From the NCBI GenBank assembly GCA_963845535.1, contig CAWJSK010000021.1:1-64000 (forward strand): DNA of 64,000 nucleotides, in the 5' to 3' direction. The notes beneath the pieces are model-generated. The model was not told the origin of the DNA and searched no databases. It saw only the letters and a list, made by a program, of their open reading frames with translations. This stretch comes from an uncultured Spirochaetota bacterium (GTDB lineage: Bacteria > Spirochaetota > Spirochaetia > SZUA-6 > Fen-1364). Position numbers and translations under genes: made by a program. This document shows positions 1 to 9,767 of this stretch, one piece after another (position 1 is the stretch's first letter; each line of letters begins with the position of its first letter).

Positions 1-43
1 AAGAATAGACAAGTGCCCAGAAATTTTCTTATTAGAGGGAGCA

Positions 44-67
44 TTTGGTCACACTTTTGGTCACACT
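44..67. repeat. 12-bp tandem direct repeat TTTGGTCACACT x2, candidate integrase arm-type binding sites
   Basis: Exact tandem repeat about 95 bp beyond the 3' end of the tRNA, in AT-richer sequence. The function is inference. Confidence 0.55.
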
Positions 68-160
68 TACCTTTTGAGGGAAGAAATCCTGAGCTGTAGG
101 AGAGAACCAACTCTTTGCTTGGTAATGAAATATCCGATAGAATCAGAGAAACAGAGAGAT

Positions 161-234
161 TGGGCCCACAGGGACTTGAACCCCGGACCAACGGATTATG
201 AGTCCGCCGCTCTAACCAGCTGAGCTATGGGCCC
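161..234 (-). tRNA. tRNA with CAT anticodon, most likely tRNA-Ile2 (lysidine type); CCA not encoded
   Basis: Reverse complement GGGCCCATAGCTCAGCTGGTTAGAGCGGCGGACTCATAATCCGTTGGTCCGGGGTTCAAGTCCCTGTGGGCCCA folds as a cloverleaf. It resembles ileX-type rather than initiator tRNA-Met. Confidence 0.92.
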
Positions 235-267
235 CTCGGCTATACCCTACCCAAATGCCGGCGGGTG

Positions 268-2922
268 TCAAGCAGAAGGAGCGCCGAGGATCTCGTTGAC
301 GGCCTGGAGCAGCTCGTGCGGACCGAACGGCTTCTTCAGGACCGGAACACCGCCATCGAGAGCGCCGTGACCGGCAAGCTCATCACCGGCGTAGCCGGTG
401 ATGAACAGGATCTTGATGCGCGGAAACTCCTCCCGCGCGCGGCGTGAAAGCTCGGACCCGCCCATGCGCGGCATTACCACGTCGCTCAGGATGAGGTCCA
501 CGGGAGAAGGGTGAGCGCGAAGGGCTTCCAGTGCATCGGCGCCGTTCTTCGTTTCCTTTACCGTGTACCCTGCCGCGGAAAGCGTGCGCGAAAGAAAGGA
601 GCGCACCGCCTCCTCATCTTCGGCAATCAGGATTGTCCCGTTTCTGCGGATGTCGATCCGCGCTGTCTCGGCTTCCCGGGGGATCTCCTCAGCCGCGTCT
701 GACCGTGGCAGGAGGATTCGAAACGTAGTCCCTTCGCCGACGCGGCTGTCGCAGGATATCGTTCCTCCGCTCTGCTTCACGAATCCGTACACGGTGGAGA
801 GTCCCAGGCCGGTTCCTTTTCCTTCCTGCTTGGTCGTGAAAAACGGTTCGAACAGATGGGAAAGCGTCTCCCCATCCATGCCACGCCCCGTGTCGGAAAT
901 CGTGAGGATGACGGAATCCCCCTGGTGGGCCCCTTCGAGAGCGTTCGCCGTGGCAAGGGTAAGCCGTCCCCCCGTGGGCATCGCGTCTCTTGCGTTCAAC
1001 ACAAGGTTCATGACGACCTGCTGAATCTGGGCCGAATCGGCTTTCACGCTCCACAGATTGTCCGCAAGCGACGCCCGCAGCTCGATATTCTCCCCGATCA
1101 CGCGATCCAGCATCTTCGTCATTTCGCTGATGAGCTGATTCAGGTTCAAGGCGCGGGGCACGCGGACCTGCCTGCGGCTGAAGGCAAGGAGCTGCGACGT
1201 GAGAGAGGCGGAGCGCTTGACCGCGTTCTGGATCTGCCGCAGGTCCTCAAGGACGGCCGGGGGGTCGGCGCTGCTTTCCACGCCCATGTCGGCATACGCC
1301 TTGATGATCGTCAGGAGATTGTTGAAGTCGTGCGTGATGCCTCCGGCAAGCCTCCCCACCGCCTCCATTTTCCTGGCCTGAAGGAGCTTCTCTTCTGATT
1401 CCCGCAGGGTCTGGTCCGCGAGCTTGCGCTCCGTGATGTCACGCGCGAATACCACCGTGCCGATTGCCTGTTTTCCTTCGCGGATGGGATAGACGGAGAC
1501 CTCCAGGAACCGCCGCTTATGGATTGCTTCGATTTCGTAGACGTCCGTGACCTTCCCGTCGGTGAAGCACAGGTCGGTGAGCCGTTCCAGGGCCTGGCGG
1601 GCCTCGGGCGGAAAGCTCTCGAGGTAGCGCATTCCCGGCCGCGCCTCGATCCCCGCGTAGTCCCCCACCAGGCGGGCGAACGCCGCGTTGAACGCAATCA
1701 GGCGGCCGTCCCTGTCGGCGGAGCAGAAAGAGTCATCCGTGGTTTCCAGGAGGGCTCTGATGTTCGCCTGGCTGGCGCGCAGCTCCCGCTCGGTTTCCCG
1801 TCTGCGAAAAACGCTCGCCGTCAGGAGGCAGGCGAATGCAACGAGCAGGGCCACGATCCCGGTCATGACGCTGGAGAACACCGGATACTGGCTGAATACC
1901 GTCACGGGCCTGTTGATGATCCGGCTGTCCTTCGGGAGGAGGGCCAGAGGCACGTGGAACCGCTGGAGCTCCTTGTAGTCGAACTGGGCCACCGACGAGC
2001 TGCGCGTATCCACCGGGATGGCGGACGGGTCTTCACCGGAGAGGACGCGCAGCGCGAGGTCGCCCGCGCGCCTTCCATGCACCACGCCGGAGAGCATCAT
2101 CCCCCCGATGATGCCGTGCCCCAGGCGCGTCTCATGGAGCGCATAGGCGGGGACGGGGCAGTGCTCGGTGAAAAGCCGAGTGCTCTCAGCAAGGGAAAGG
2201 CTCCTCCCTGTTCGATCAGTGCTGAAGGAAAGTATCATCAGCACGGCATCAGAGGGCAGCGCCGCTATGCGCTGGACCGCCTCCTCGAAGGTGACCGGCG
2301 GCATGAACTCGAAGCGCAGCTTGCCGCGAAACTGTTCCATCACTATTTCCGCTTCGCGTTGGACTGCGGCACCGCTTGGCGTTGCATCGGTTACAAGGAG
2401 CATTCCCCGAGCGTCCGGATGGAGCTTGAGCGCCAGACGAACCGTTCCTTCGAGATCCGTCACCTCGGCGACGCCCGTGATCTTTACGCCGGCGGGAACG
2501 CTGAGCGAGGGGAAGTCACTCACGCCGGCAAAGACGATGGGAGCCCCCGGGAAGAGCCGCGCGGGGTGGGCAAGAAGCATTTCGAGCGCCGGGTTGTCGA
2601 GGACAACCACCAGGCTCGGCTTGAACCCGGCGTACTTGTTTTCGAGGAAATCCCGTGCCCGGCCCACAAGCTCGGGGCTGGAAAACCTCTTGGCATCCAG
2701 GAATTCGACGCGCGGGTCGATGGCGGGGTATGCCTCTTTGAGCCTCGCCGTGAGGCCGCGGAGCTCGTCATCCGACCAGACAAAACCCGGGTGGTACGAA
2801 TCTATGATCACGATCGACGGGAGATCGGTGGGCAACCCGACAGGCCACGTCGGCGGAAACGAAGCGGCGAGGAAAAGACCGGCGATGAGGAGTCGTCGCA
2901 GGGCGCGATGCGTTGACGTCAT
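268..2922 (-). CDS. Hybrid sensor histidine kinase (periplasmic binding-protein-like sensor, TM, PAS, HisKA, HATPase, REC)
   Basis: H-box GGITHDFNNLL, N-box NLVLNARDA, G2 GKGTGLGLS, C-terminal receiver (EDE..D..KP). Start placed at ATG 2922 before the signal/TM segment. Confidence 0.92.
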   Translation of the reverse strand: MTSTHRALRRLLIAGLFLAASFPPTWPVGLPTDLPSIVIIDSYHPGFVWSDDELRGLTARLKEAYPAIDPRVEFLDAKRFSSPELVGRARDFLENKYAGFKPSLVVVLDNPALEMLLAHPARLFPGAPIVFAGVSDFPSLSVPAGVKITGVAEVTDLEGTVRLALKLHPDARGMLLVTDATPSGAAVQREAEIVMEQFRGKLRFEFMPPVTFEEAVQRIAALPSDAVLMILSFSTDRTGRSLSLAESTRLFTEHCPVPAYALHETRLGHGIIGGMMLSGVVHGRRAGDLALRVLSGEDPSAIPVDTRSSSVAQFDYKELQRFHVPLALLPKDSRIINRPVTVFSQYPVFSSVMTGIVALLVAFACLLTASVFRRRETERELRASQANIRALLETTDDSFCSADRDGRLIAFNAAFARLVGDYAGIEARPGMRYLESFPPEARQALERLTDLCFTDGKVTDVYEIEAIHKRRFLEVSVYPIREGKQAIGTVVFARDITERKLADQTLRESEEKLLQARKMEAVGRLAGGITHDFNNLLTIIKAYADMGVESSADPPAVLEDLRQIQNAVKRSASLTSQLLAFSRRQVRVPRALNLNQLISEMTKMLDRVIGENIELRASLADNLWSVKADSAQIQQVVMNLVLNARDAMPTGGRLTLATANALEGAHQGDSVILTISDTGRGMDGETLSHLFEPFFTTKQEGKGTGLGLSTVYGFVKQSGGTISCDSRVGEGTTFRILLPRSDAAEEIPREAETARIDIRRNGTILIAEDEEAVRSFLSRTLSAAGYTVKETKNGADALEALRAHPSPVDLILSDVVMPRMGGSELSRRAREEFPRIKILFITGYAGDELAGHGALDGGVPVLKKPFGPHELLQAVNEILGAPSA

Positions 2923-2963
2923 GCAAGTGTCCGGAGGCCCATGGTACGAGAAATCCCGCAAAG

Positions 2964-2992
2964 TTGACAGTCCCAGGGGCAACGGCTATTCT
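2964..2992 (+). promoter_or_regulatory. sigma-70 promoter of tRNA-Leu
   Basis: TTGACA-17 bp-TATTCT ending 9 bp upstream of the tRNA. Confidence 0.75.
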
Positions 2993-3001
2993 CCGTTGAA
3001 C

Positions 3002-3086
3002 GCCGGCGTGATGAAATGGCAGACATGCCAGACTCAAAATCTGGTGGGTGGCAACGCCCGTGTCGGTTCAAGTCCGACCGCCGGCA
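3002..3086 (+). tRNA. tRNA-Leu(CAA); CCA not encoded
   Basis: GCCGGCG acceptor stem, anticodon arm CCAGA-CTCAAAA-TCTGG, long variable arm, GGTTCAAGTCC T-arm. Confidence 0.95.
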
Positions 3087-3142
3087 AGCAATGAGCGGCG
3101 CACGATCAAGGCCATTCGGCTTCTTGCGTCCAAACCCTCTGA

Positions 3143-3580
3143 TCAGTCTCGGACGAGGCTCACCGCTTCAAGGGAGAACTGGCGCACTCGATCTTTTATT
3201 GCATCACGCACTTCGCGAACCTGCGCCATTATCTCCTCGTCTGAACCAGCAAATGTCGAAGGGTCGGGATAGGACCAAATGAGACGTCTCGCGTACCCGG
3301 GAAAAATAGGACAACGCTCCGCCGCCTCTTTTGAGCAAACCGCAATGACAAAGTTGTAGTACCTTCCCTTCCTCAAGAGATCAAAAGCGCTCTGGGTTTG
3401 CTTCCCTGCGATGTCGATGCCCTCCTCGGCCAAGGCGCGGACCACGTAGGGGTTGAGCTTGCCAGGCTCAATGCCCGCGCTTTCCACCTCGAATCTATTC
3501 CCGCCGAACTTCTTCAAATACGCTTCCGCCATCTGACTTCGCGCGGAGTTGTGCGTGCAAACGAAAAGGACTTTGGGCAT
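3143..3580 (-). CDS. arsC: Arsenate reductase, thioredoxin-coupled (LMW-PTPase fold)
   Basis: [17 protein letters not shown]-loop, a distal Cys pair (C..CP) and the W..PDP motif. Confidence 0.85.
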   Translation of the reverse strand: MPKVLFVCTHNSARSQMAEAYLKKFGGNRFEVESAGIEPGKLNPYVVRALAEEGIDIAGKQTQSAFDLLRKGRYYNFVIAVCSKEAAERCPIFPGYARRLIWSYPDPSTFAGSDEEIMAQVREVRDAIKDRVRQFSLEAVSLVRD

Positions 3581-3675
3581 GAGCTTCCCCTCCTGATATC
3601 CGCTGTCTTAGAAAGCGAAGTAAATGTACTGACGACAAGACTGATCTGACCATCATGGAGGATGAGGCGCGTGCG

Positions 3676-4461
3676 TCAGAGTGCGTCGCCCGCTTTCCTG
3701 AGGGTTCGAACCACAAAATCAATCAGCGCCAAAGAGTCAACGCTGCCGTTCTCCTGCCCTTTCTCAAAGTCTCCTCGTGACTGTGCCATGGAGTTTGTGA
3801 CGTGAGCCAGGCAAACAACGTTTCTTCGCCGCGCCCAGGCAAAAGCGTATAGCGCGGCAGCTTCCATTTCGACGCAGTCGGCCCCCAACCTTTGAGCACT
3901 GCGAATGGCGGTGATGGTCTCTCGAAAGGGGGCGTCCGTTGTCCAGGACGTCCCAATATCCCAGGGCACGGGCGATTTTCCCAGAGCCGATCTCAAGGCT
4001 TTCAGCAGCACTCCGTTGAGCCGACTGAAGCCGCCCGGCGCCGCATAACGGTCGCTCGTCCCCTCGTCTCTCAGGGCCCGTGAAATGAGAAGGAAGCGAG
4101 GAAGATCAACCCGCAGGCCTATTCTTCCCGCCGATGTGAGGCTGAGCAGCAACCGGCAGCCGGACGCAAACATCTCCTCCGCCACAAGGACGGCGAACGG
4201 CGAACCAACAGCGTTGCCGACGATCCCGAGTGTGGTTGCGCCAAGCTTACAGTCGTACATGTCGGTGTGGTAGCAAGCCCAGCCCTGGTTCCTGAAAGCC
4301 CGACCTTCGCGAAGAAGATACCTGACGATATCCCCGTCGGGATCGAGCAAACAGACGCGCGGAATCCGTCTCTTGGGCAGCTCCTTCTGCCGCCTTGCTT
4401 CCCGCAACAGATTCTCCGGCGTGAAAAGTGAAGGTTCTTTCAGGTCACGATGCTTTACCAT
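3676..4461 (-). CDS. Nucleoside phosphorylase family protein (PNP/UDP fold)
   Basis: ALRDEGTS, SWTTDAPFRET and VEMEAAAL motifs. AGGAG RBS before ATG 4461. Confidence 0.85.
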   Translation of the reverse strand: MVKHRDLKEPSLFTPENLLREARRQKELPKRRIPRVCLLDPDGDIVRYLLREGRAFRNQGWACYHTDMYDCKLGATTLGIVGNAVGSPFAVLVAEEMFASGCRLLLSLTSAGRIGLRVDLPRFLLISRALRDEGTSDRYAAPGGFSRLNGVLLKALRSALGKSPVPWDIGTSWTTDAPFRETITAIRSAQRLGADCVEMEAAALYAFAWARRRNVVCLAHVTNSMAQSRGDFEKGQENGSVDSLALIDFVVRTLRKAGDAL

Positions 4462-4592
4462 ATCTCCTCTCGACTCGCGTAGAGGATACAGGATGGAATC
4501 AACGGCGTCCAAGAAGACTGACTGCTTGACGCCTTTGTCCGGGGCCATTGGCAAGGCGGGGCGTTTTAAACCAGAATAGGCTGGAGGATAGC

Positions 4593-5169
4593 GTGAAGGT
4601 ATTCGATAGCGGAATGCCAGACGAAACCTATTGGAACAGCCTCTTTGACATTCCGGCGATCATCGACTGGCTGAAACTGGAATCGGTGAGGGATCCGATT
4701 GCCGAGATCGGGTGTGGGTATGGGACATTTACTGTCCCAGCCGCACAAGAGAGTTCGCAAGTGATCCACGCCATCGACCTCGAGCCGGGCAATGATCGAA
4801 GCAGCGAGCATCAACGCAAGAAGGGCTGAGGTCCAGAACGTCGAGCTCTCCTGCCGCGACGTGCTCGAAGCAGGAACCGGATTGCCGTCAGGCAGCATGG
4901 GCATGGTCCTGCTCTTCAACATCTTGCACTCCCCGGAAAGGGTGCAGTTCCTCGTCGAGGCATCACGTATATTGAAGCAGTCAGGCAGGGTTGCGATCAT
5001 CCACTGGAGAAAGGACATCCCTACACCGCGAGGTCCCCGTGTTGATTCCCGACCTGATCTCCCTATGATCATCGACTCAATCGCTGGTTTGGATCTACGG
5101 ATGGACGGAGACCCCAGATTTCTCGAGCCATATCACTGGGGTGTCCAGTTGCAAAAGGGGCGCTTCTGA
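4593..5169 (+). pseudogene. Class I SAM-dependent methyltransferase with a +1 frameshift near 4787-4789 (real or sequencing error)
   Basis: EIGCGYG motif I and AIDLEP lie in one frame; MIEAA..LLFNILH..RILKQSG lies in the next. Removing one G joins them as DLEPAMIE. Confidence 0.75.
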
Positions 5170-5179
5170 AAGATGCCAG

Positions 5180-5776
5180 TCAAAGAAAAAGACTGACCTC
5201 CAGGTCTGCCGTCCAAAGCAGCGGCGAAAGGCCGGCCTCGGTGTCCGTGTTCCCCCAGGCATCCATGAGGGAAGCATTCACTGTCCATTTGTCGTATGTC
5301 AGCGTGAGCACGATGCCCGTCAGACCCGAGAGATCCTGGAGGTTCACTTCGGTCCATCCAGCGGCCGTCAGCTTATCATCGATTTTTCCAGAAACACGAA
5401 CGAATCCGTAGTGTTGTGCGGCAGAGAAGGTTCCAGACTGGTCCAGCAGGTCGGGGCCGGAGCCGGGGGTGCTCCTGAGGCTCTGGGAATACGCGATGAG
5501 CTGCGCGTAATCGTTCCCAATAAAGCCAAGGCCGTTGTAATAGTACTCTGCCATTATTGAGAGCTGGTCCTGGTTCGTCCACGTGAATCCAGGCAGCGCG
5601 CGCGGCGCCCAGACGATGGCCTGGGTCGTTGTGGAAAACGGAGCCTGGTTGCTCGTCACGATCGTACGGTTCTGAGCGTCGGCGGCCGAAACTTCCGCGC
5701 GCACAGTAACTGCGTCCCCGATGTTCGTGTCCAGGCCCGCTGCGGTGAAGCGCAGGTCCGGGTCGTCATGGAATGA
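5180..5776 (-). pseudogene. 5'-truncated gene fragment, probable C-terminal part of an outer-membrane beta-barrel-like protein
   Basis: The open frame runs from an in-frame stop at 5777-5779 with no signal peptide or convincing start. It has an amphipathic strand pattern (AEYYYNGLGF, ADLEVSLFL end). Confidence 0.55.
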
Positions 5777-5854
5777 TCACCCATGCGCAAGTAGACCCGA
5801 GGCAATCCTGAAGTTACATTTGAATTGTGACAAAAAATCCTCTTGAGGAGTAAA

Positions 5855-6613
5855 GTGAGAATCGAAAAGTGGATCGAAGCAAATGAACACAGAGTTGATT
5901 CTCACGAGCTCTTCAAGAGATGGGTCGAAATGCATTCGACTCACAATTATTGGCGGGAAGAACAAGCGTCTGTCATCGTTCGGGTCCTGGAAGCAATCCC
6001 GGGAGAACATCCCACTATTATCGACCTTATCTGCGGCGCTGGCGGTCTTTCCGAGTTTCTCTTGAAACGACTCCCAAAAGCCAGGGTCATCGGGGTAGAT
6101 TCCAATCCGTTCCTGCTCATGATTTACAGGAACCATTTGGCAGAATACCGCGAAAGGTTCTCCCTGGTTCAGGGTGATGTCAGGAATAGAGAAATCATAC
6201 GAGGAGCAGGAAGTTTTGATGCAGCCGTTTCTTTCACTTCTTTTCACAATCTTTCCCGCCAAAGCATTCTCAAGGTCTATCATGCTCTCCATGAATCCCT
6301 GCCTAAGGGTGGAGTATTTGCTACTGGTGATGTCACCACTCTGTCGGACGCCTGGTTTGAAGGGCTCCATCTTTCAAACAAAACGGAAAAGCCGATCATT
6401 CTGATAGACGATTTCTGGAATACGATAAAAACGCAATACAGAATAGCAGAAGAAATAGACGAAATGAATGCGCTTACTTCTATTAGAGATACTGCTGAAC
6501 ATGGATATCTGCCGTCCTTCTACATAAACAGCCTTCGCTGGGCTGGGTTCGAAATTGCTGATGTGGTGTTTCAGGCAGGAAACAGAATCGTCTATTGTGG
6601 AAAGAAAGCGTAA
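5855..6613 (+). CDS. Class I SAM-dependent methyltransferase (AT-richer than its neighbours)
   Basis: IIDLICGAGG motif I variant, GVDSNP, GDV, FDAAVS, LPKGG. GAGGAG RBS before GTG 5855. Confidence 0.8.
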   Translation: MRIEKWIEANEHRVDSHELFKRWVEMHSTHNYWREEQASVIVRVLEAIPGEHPTIIDLICGAGGLSEFLLKRLPKARVIGVDSNPFLLMIYRNHLAEYRERFSLVQGDVRNREIIRGAGSFDAAVSFTSFHNLSRQSILKVYHALHESLPKGGVFATGDVTTLSDAWFEGLHLSNKTEKPIILIDDFWNTIKTQYRIAEEIDEMNALTSIRDTAEHGYLPSFYINSLRWAGFEIADVVFQAGNRIVYCGKKA

Positions 6614-6676
6614 GGTCTCGTGAGGGTCGAGCGCGTGTTGCCAGATCCGTAGGACGGCGCGCCGCTCATGGCGTGA

Positions 6677-8611
6677 ATGCCGAGGGAAGGCTATACTGCG
6701 GTCATAGTGAAAAAGCTGGCCTCTCTCTTCATGCTTTCCGGCCTGCTGACGCTCACTCTCATCCCGGTGGCATGCGCGCCGGACGGTCGCGAGCGCGCCT
6801 CCAGCACCGTGGTGCTGGGTGAGCCACCAGTGCGTCGCGGCCTTGGTGGAAATGCGCTTCGCCTCTCGCCGGAGTTGGCGCTTCCGGGGGAGAGGGCATA
6901 CCTGTTTTCGGTCCGAAATGAATCCCACGCGGGGGACTTCGTCTTCTCTGCTTTTACCGACAACGATTCGTTCATTCGACTGTATGAGTTGAGCGGACGG
7001 AACAGGACGGAGCTGGCGGTCCTGTCCCGCCTCATCCCGCGCAACCAGCGGCTCATGCGCGACCTTCGGCTTTCGGCTCCCCTCTCAATCAGCCCCGGGT
7101 CCACGGCGAGCTATGTGATCACCATCACCTCTCGGTCCACCACTCTCGGGGTGGGCATGGGAACGCCCGCGTTCGACCTGTGGCCGCGCGAGCTTTTCGC
7201 CCAGTGGAGCGCGACGCAGCGGCTGCTCTATGGGCTTTACTACGGCGCTATTCTCCTCATGGGCATCTACAACCTCTTCCTCTTCTTCTCCCTGCGCGAC
7301 ATGAGCTATCTCTGGTATTCCCTCATCATCATCGTGTATTCGCTCGGACTCACCGTGTGGGACGGCATCGCCTCGCTGTATCTGCTGCCCGGGGACAGCT
7401 CGATCTCCACCCCGTCCACGTTCGGGCTGGCGTGCGACCTGACCGTCATATTTGCGTATGCTTTCACCCGGAGTTTCCTGGGCCTTCGCAAAATAGCTCC
7501 ACGCCTCGACCGGGCGCTCCTTTTCATGGCAGGAGCGCAGGCGGCCCTGATCCCCCTTCAGCTTGCCGCTCATGTGTCCCATTTTCTCACCATCGTGGCG
7601 GTAACCCTCTTCATCATGTTTGGCCTGATCGTCTCCGCCATCGTGGTCTCATTCCGCCACGGGTTTCGCCCGGCGCGCTATTTCGCCGTCGGCGTCGCGG
7701 GACCGCTCGTGGTCACCGTCTTCGTCGCCTCCGCATATTTCAGGACCGCCGCCGACATGCCCGTGTACATGGTCGGGTTCTACGTCTCATGGATCGCCAT
7801 GGCCCTCGTGTTCTCTCTGGCTCTTGCAGACCGCATCACGTTCCTGAGCGCGGAGCGGGAACGGGCAAACAAGCTCACCCTGGCCATGACCGACTTCTTC
7901 GTGAACGTCTCCCATGAGATCCGCACCCCTCTCACCCTCATCTCGAACTACCTGGATGAATACGAGCAAAGCGCCCCGCCTTCGCAAAGCCTCGCCGTCA
8001 TCCGCAAGAGCGTGGACAAGCTCGTTCGCGACGTGACGCAGTTCTTCGACGTACAGAGGCTCTCCCGGGGAATCGAGGTCTATGGAAAGGGAACGACGGA
8101 CCTTGCGGAGATAGTCCGCGCCCGGGCTCTCCTTCTTGCGCCCACCGCGCGTCGGGCGGGGATAGGGATCACCGTCTCCGTGGAGGACAACCTCGCCGTC
8201 CAGGCCGCTCCTTCCGCCGTGGAGCGCATTCTCGACAACCTCGCGGACAACGGGATCAAGTACAACAATCCGGGAGGGAGCCTTCGGATCGAGGCCCGAC
8301 GCGGCGCGGGAGTGGCGGAGTTGGTGGTAAGAGACACGGGGATCGGAATCGCCCCCGGGGAGCAGGAGAAGATATTCCTTCCTTATTACCGCGTGTCGCG
8401 GCCCAAGTTGAACGCGCAGGGAATCGGCATGGGCCTGGCCCTCGTGAAGAGCACGGTGTCGTCCCTGGGCGGGTCGATCTCCATCACGTCGGCCCCGGAC
8501 AAAGGGACCTCGCTGATCGTTCGCTTCCCGCTTGCCGCGGGAGGCGCTGGGCGGCGCCGGCGGCTCGGGCCGAGGAAGCCGCACGGCGTTCGCGCACGGT
8601 GCCCCGGCTGA
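6677..8611 (+). CDS. 7TM-DISM-type membrane sensor histidine kinase (N-terminal part of a probably frameshifted hybrid kinase)
   Basis: Seven hydrophobic segments beginning YGLYYGAILLMGIYNLFLF, NVSHEIRTPL H-box, NGIKYN, DTGIGI, GIGMGL. Confidence 0.85.
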   Translation: MPREGYTAVIVKKLASLFMLSGLLTLTLIPVACAPDGRERASSTVVLGEPPVRRGLGGNALRLSPELALPGERAYLFSVRNESHAGDFVFSAFTDNDSFIRLYELSGRNRTELAVLSRLIPRNQRLMRDLRLSAPLSISPGSTASYVITITSRSTTLGVGMGTPAFDLWPRELFAQWSATQRLLYGLYYGAILLMGIYNLFLFFSLRDMSYLWYSLIIIVYSLGLTVWDGIASLYLLPGDSSISTPSTFGLACDLTVIFAYAFTRSFLGLRKIAPRLDRALLFMAGAQAALIPLQLAAHVSHFLTIVAVTLFIMFGLIVSAIVVSFRHGFRPARYFAVGVAGPLVVTVFVASAYFRTAADMPVYMVGFYVSWIAMALVFSLALADRITFLSAERERANKLTLAMTDFFVNVSHEIRTPLTLISNYLDEYEQSAPPSQSLAVIRKSVDKLVRDVTQFFDVQRLSRGIEVYGKGTTDLAEIVRARALLLAPTARRAGIGITVSVEDNLAVQAAPSAVERILDNLADNGIKYNNPGGSLRIEARRGAGVAELVVRDTGIGIAPGEQEKIFLPYYRVSRPKLNAQGIGMGLALVKSTVSSLGGSISITSAPDKGTSLIVRFPLAAGGAGRRRRLGPRKPHGVRARCPG

Positions 8612-9767
8612 GGCCGCCGCCCCGGCTGGGGCAGCGGCGCCGGCCGAAGCCTCGGCTTCCGTCCCTGCCGAAACCGAATCGGCAGAGGAAGCACCGGGGC
8701 AAACCCGAGGCCCTGCCATTCTTGTCGTGGAGGATGACCCGGACCTTCGTTCCCTCCTTTGCTCGCGCATATCGCGGACTTTCCCCGTCCGCGCCGCCGC
8801 AAACGGGAAGGAGGCCTTGTCATACCTTGAAGACATTGAGGAGTGCCGGGGGATCATCTCAGACCTCATGATGGACGGGATGGACGGCAACGAGCTCTTC
8901 CGCCGGGTGAGGGCTGATTCGCGCTTCGCCCGGGTCCCGTTCATCTTCATAACCGCAATGAGCGACCCCCAGGAGCGGCTCCACCGCCTTGCCGACGGCG
9001 CCGCGGACTACGTGGTGAAGCCGTTCCTCATCGATGAGCTTGCCCTGAAGCTGTTCAACCTGGTTCGTCGCGCCGAGGAGGAGAAGCGTGCGCGGGAGCT
9101 GGAGCGAACACGAGCCTTCGAAGCGTTCCTCGGGGGTCTCGCGCACGCAATCCGCAATCCCCTCTCCTCGATCACCGGGCCCGTGGCCAACCTGAGAAGG
9201 CTTCTGGAGGGAGGCGGCGCCGACCTGGACCGGCGCCGTGTCGACACCTACCTTCGCTATGCCGAGGAGGGGGTGGCCAGGATCGTGAAGACGCTGGCGG
9301 ACGCGGAGATGGTGCTCGTACGGCCGGGGCTCAAGGAGCGTCCTCTCGACATGGCGACCCTCGCGCGCGCAATCGAAAGCGCCCGGGGCTCGCGTGAGGT
9401 CACCGTCAGCGTCCACATCGCCTCCGGCCTGAAGGTGATGGGAGACCCCGGGGCGGCGCAACGCATTCTGGAGAACCTTGTTTCCCGCGCGGCCGCCGCG
9501 CTGGGAGGCACGGGGCAGGTGGACATCACCGCGGAGCAAGCGCTCGAAGCCGCTGAAGCGCGGATCATGGTGAGCTACGCGGGCCCGCCGCCGGACCCGG
9601 CCCTTGCGGCAAGGATGTTCGAGCCTTTCTTCTCCGCCGCGCCAGGCGAATCTGCCATTGGCCTGTATGCGGCACAGGAGCTCGCCGCCAGCATGGGCTG
9701 GAGGATTTCCGTGACGTCCGCCGGAGGCGGCAGGACGGGCTTTGCCGTCACGGCTCCTTTGTGCTGA
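8532..9767 (+). CDS. Receiver domain plus degenerate HisKA/HATPase (probable C-terminal part of the upstream kinase)
   Basis: Ala/Pro linker, ILVVEDD..SDLMM..VVKPF receiver, then LAHAIRNPL and FEPFF. No convincing independent start. Confidence 0.75.
   Translation: MPREALGGAGGSGRGSRTAFAHGAPAEAAAPAGAAAPAEASASVPAETESAEEAPGQTRGPAILVVEDDPDLRSLLCSRISRTFPVRAAANGKEALSYLEDIEECRGIISDLMMDGMDGNELFRRVRADSRFARVPFIFITAMSDPQERLHRLADGAADYVVKPFLIDELALKLFNLVRRAEEEKRARELERTRAFEAFLGGLAHAIRNPLSSITGPVANLRRLLEGGGADLDRRRVDTYLRYAEEGVARIVKTLADAEMVLVRPGLKERPLDMATLARAIESARGSREVTVSVHIASGLKVMGDPGAAQRILENLVSRAAAALGGTGQVDITAEQALEAAEARIMVSYAGPPPDPALAARMFEPFFSAAPGESAIGLYAAQELAASMGWRISVTSAGGGRTGFAVTAPLC

Noticed and set aside
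3087..6700. Bounded genomic island at tRNA-Leu
   Set aside because: I found no integrase and no duplicate of the tRNA 3' end, so only a patchwork region can be supported.
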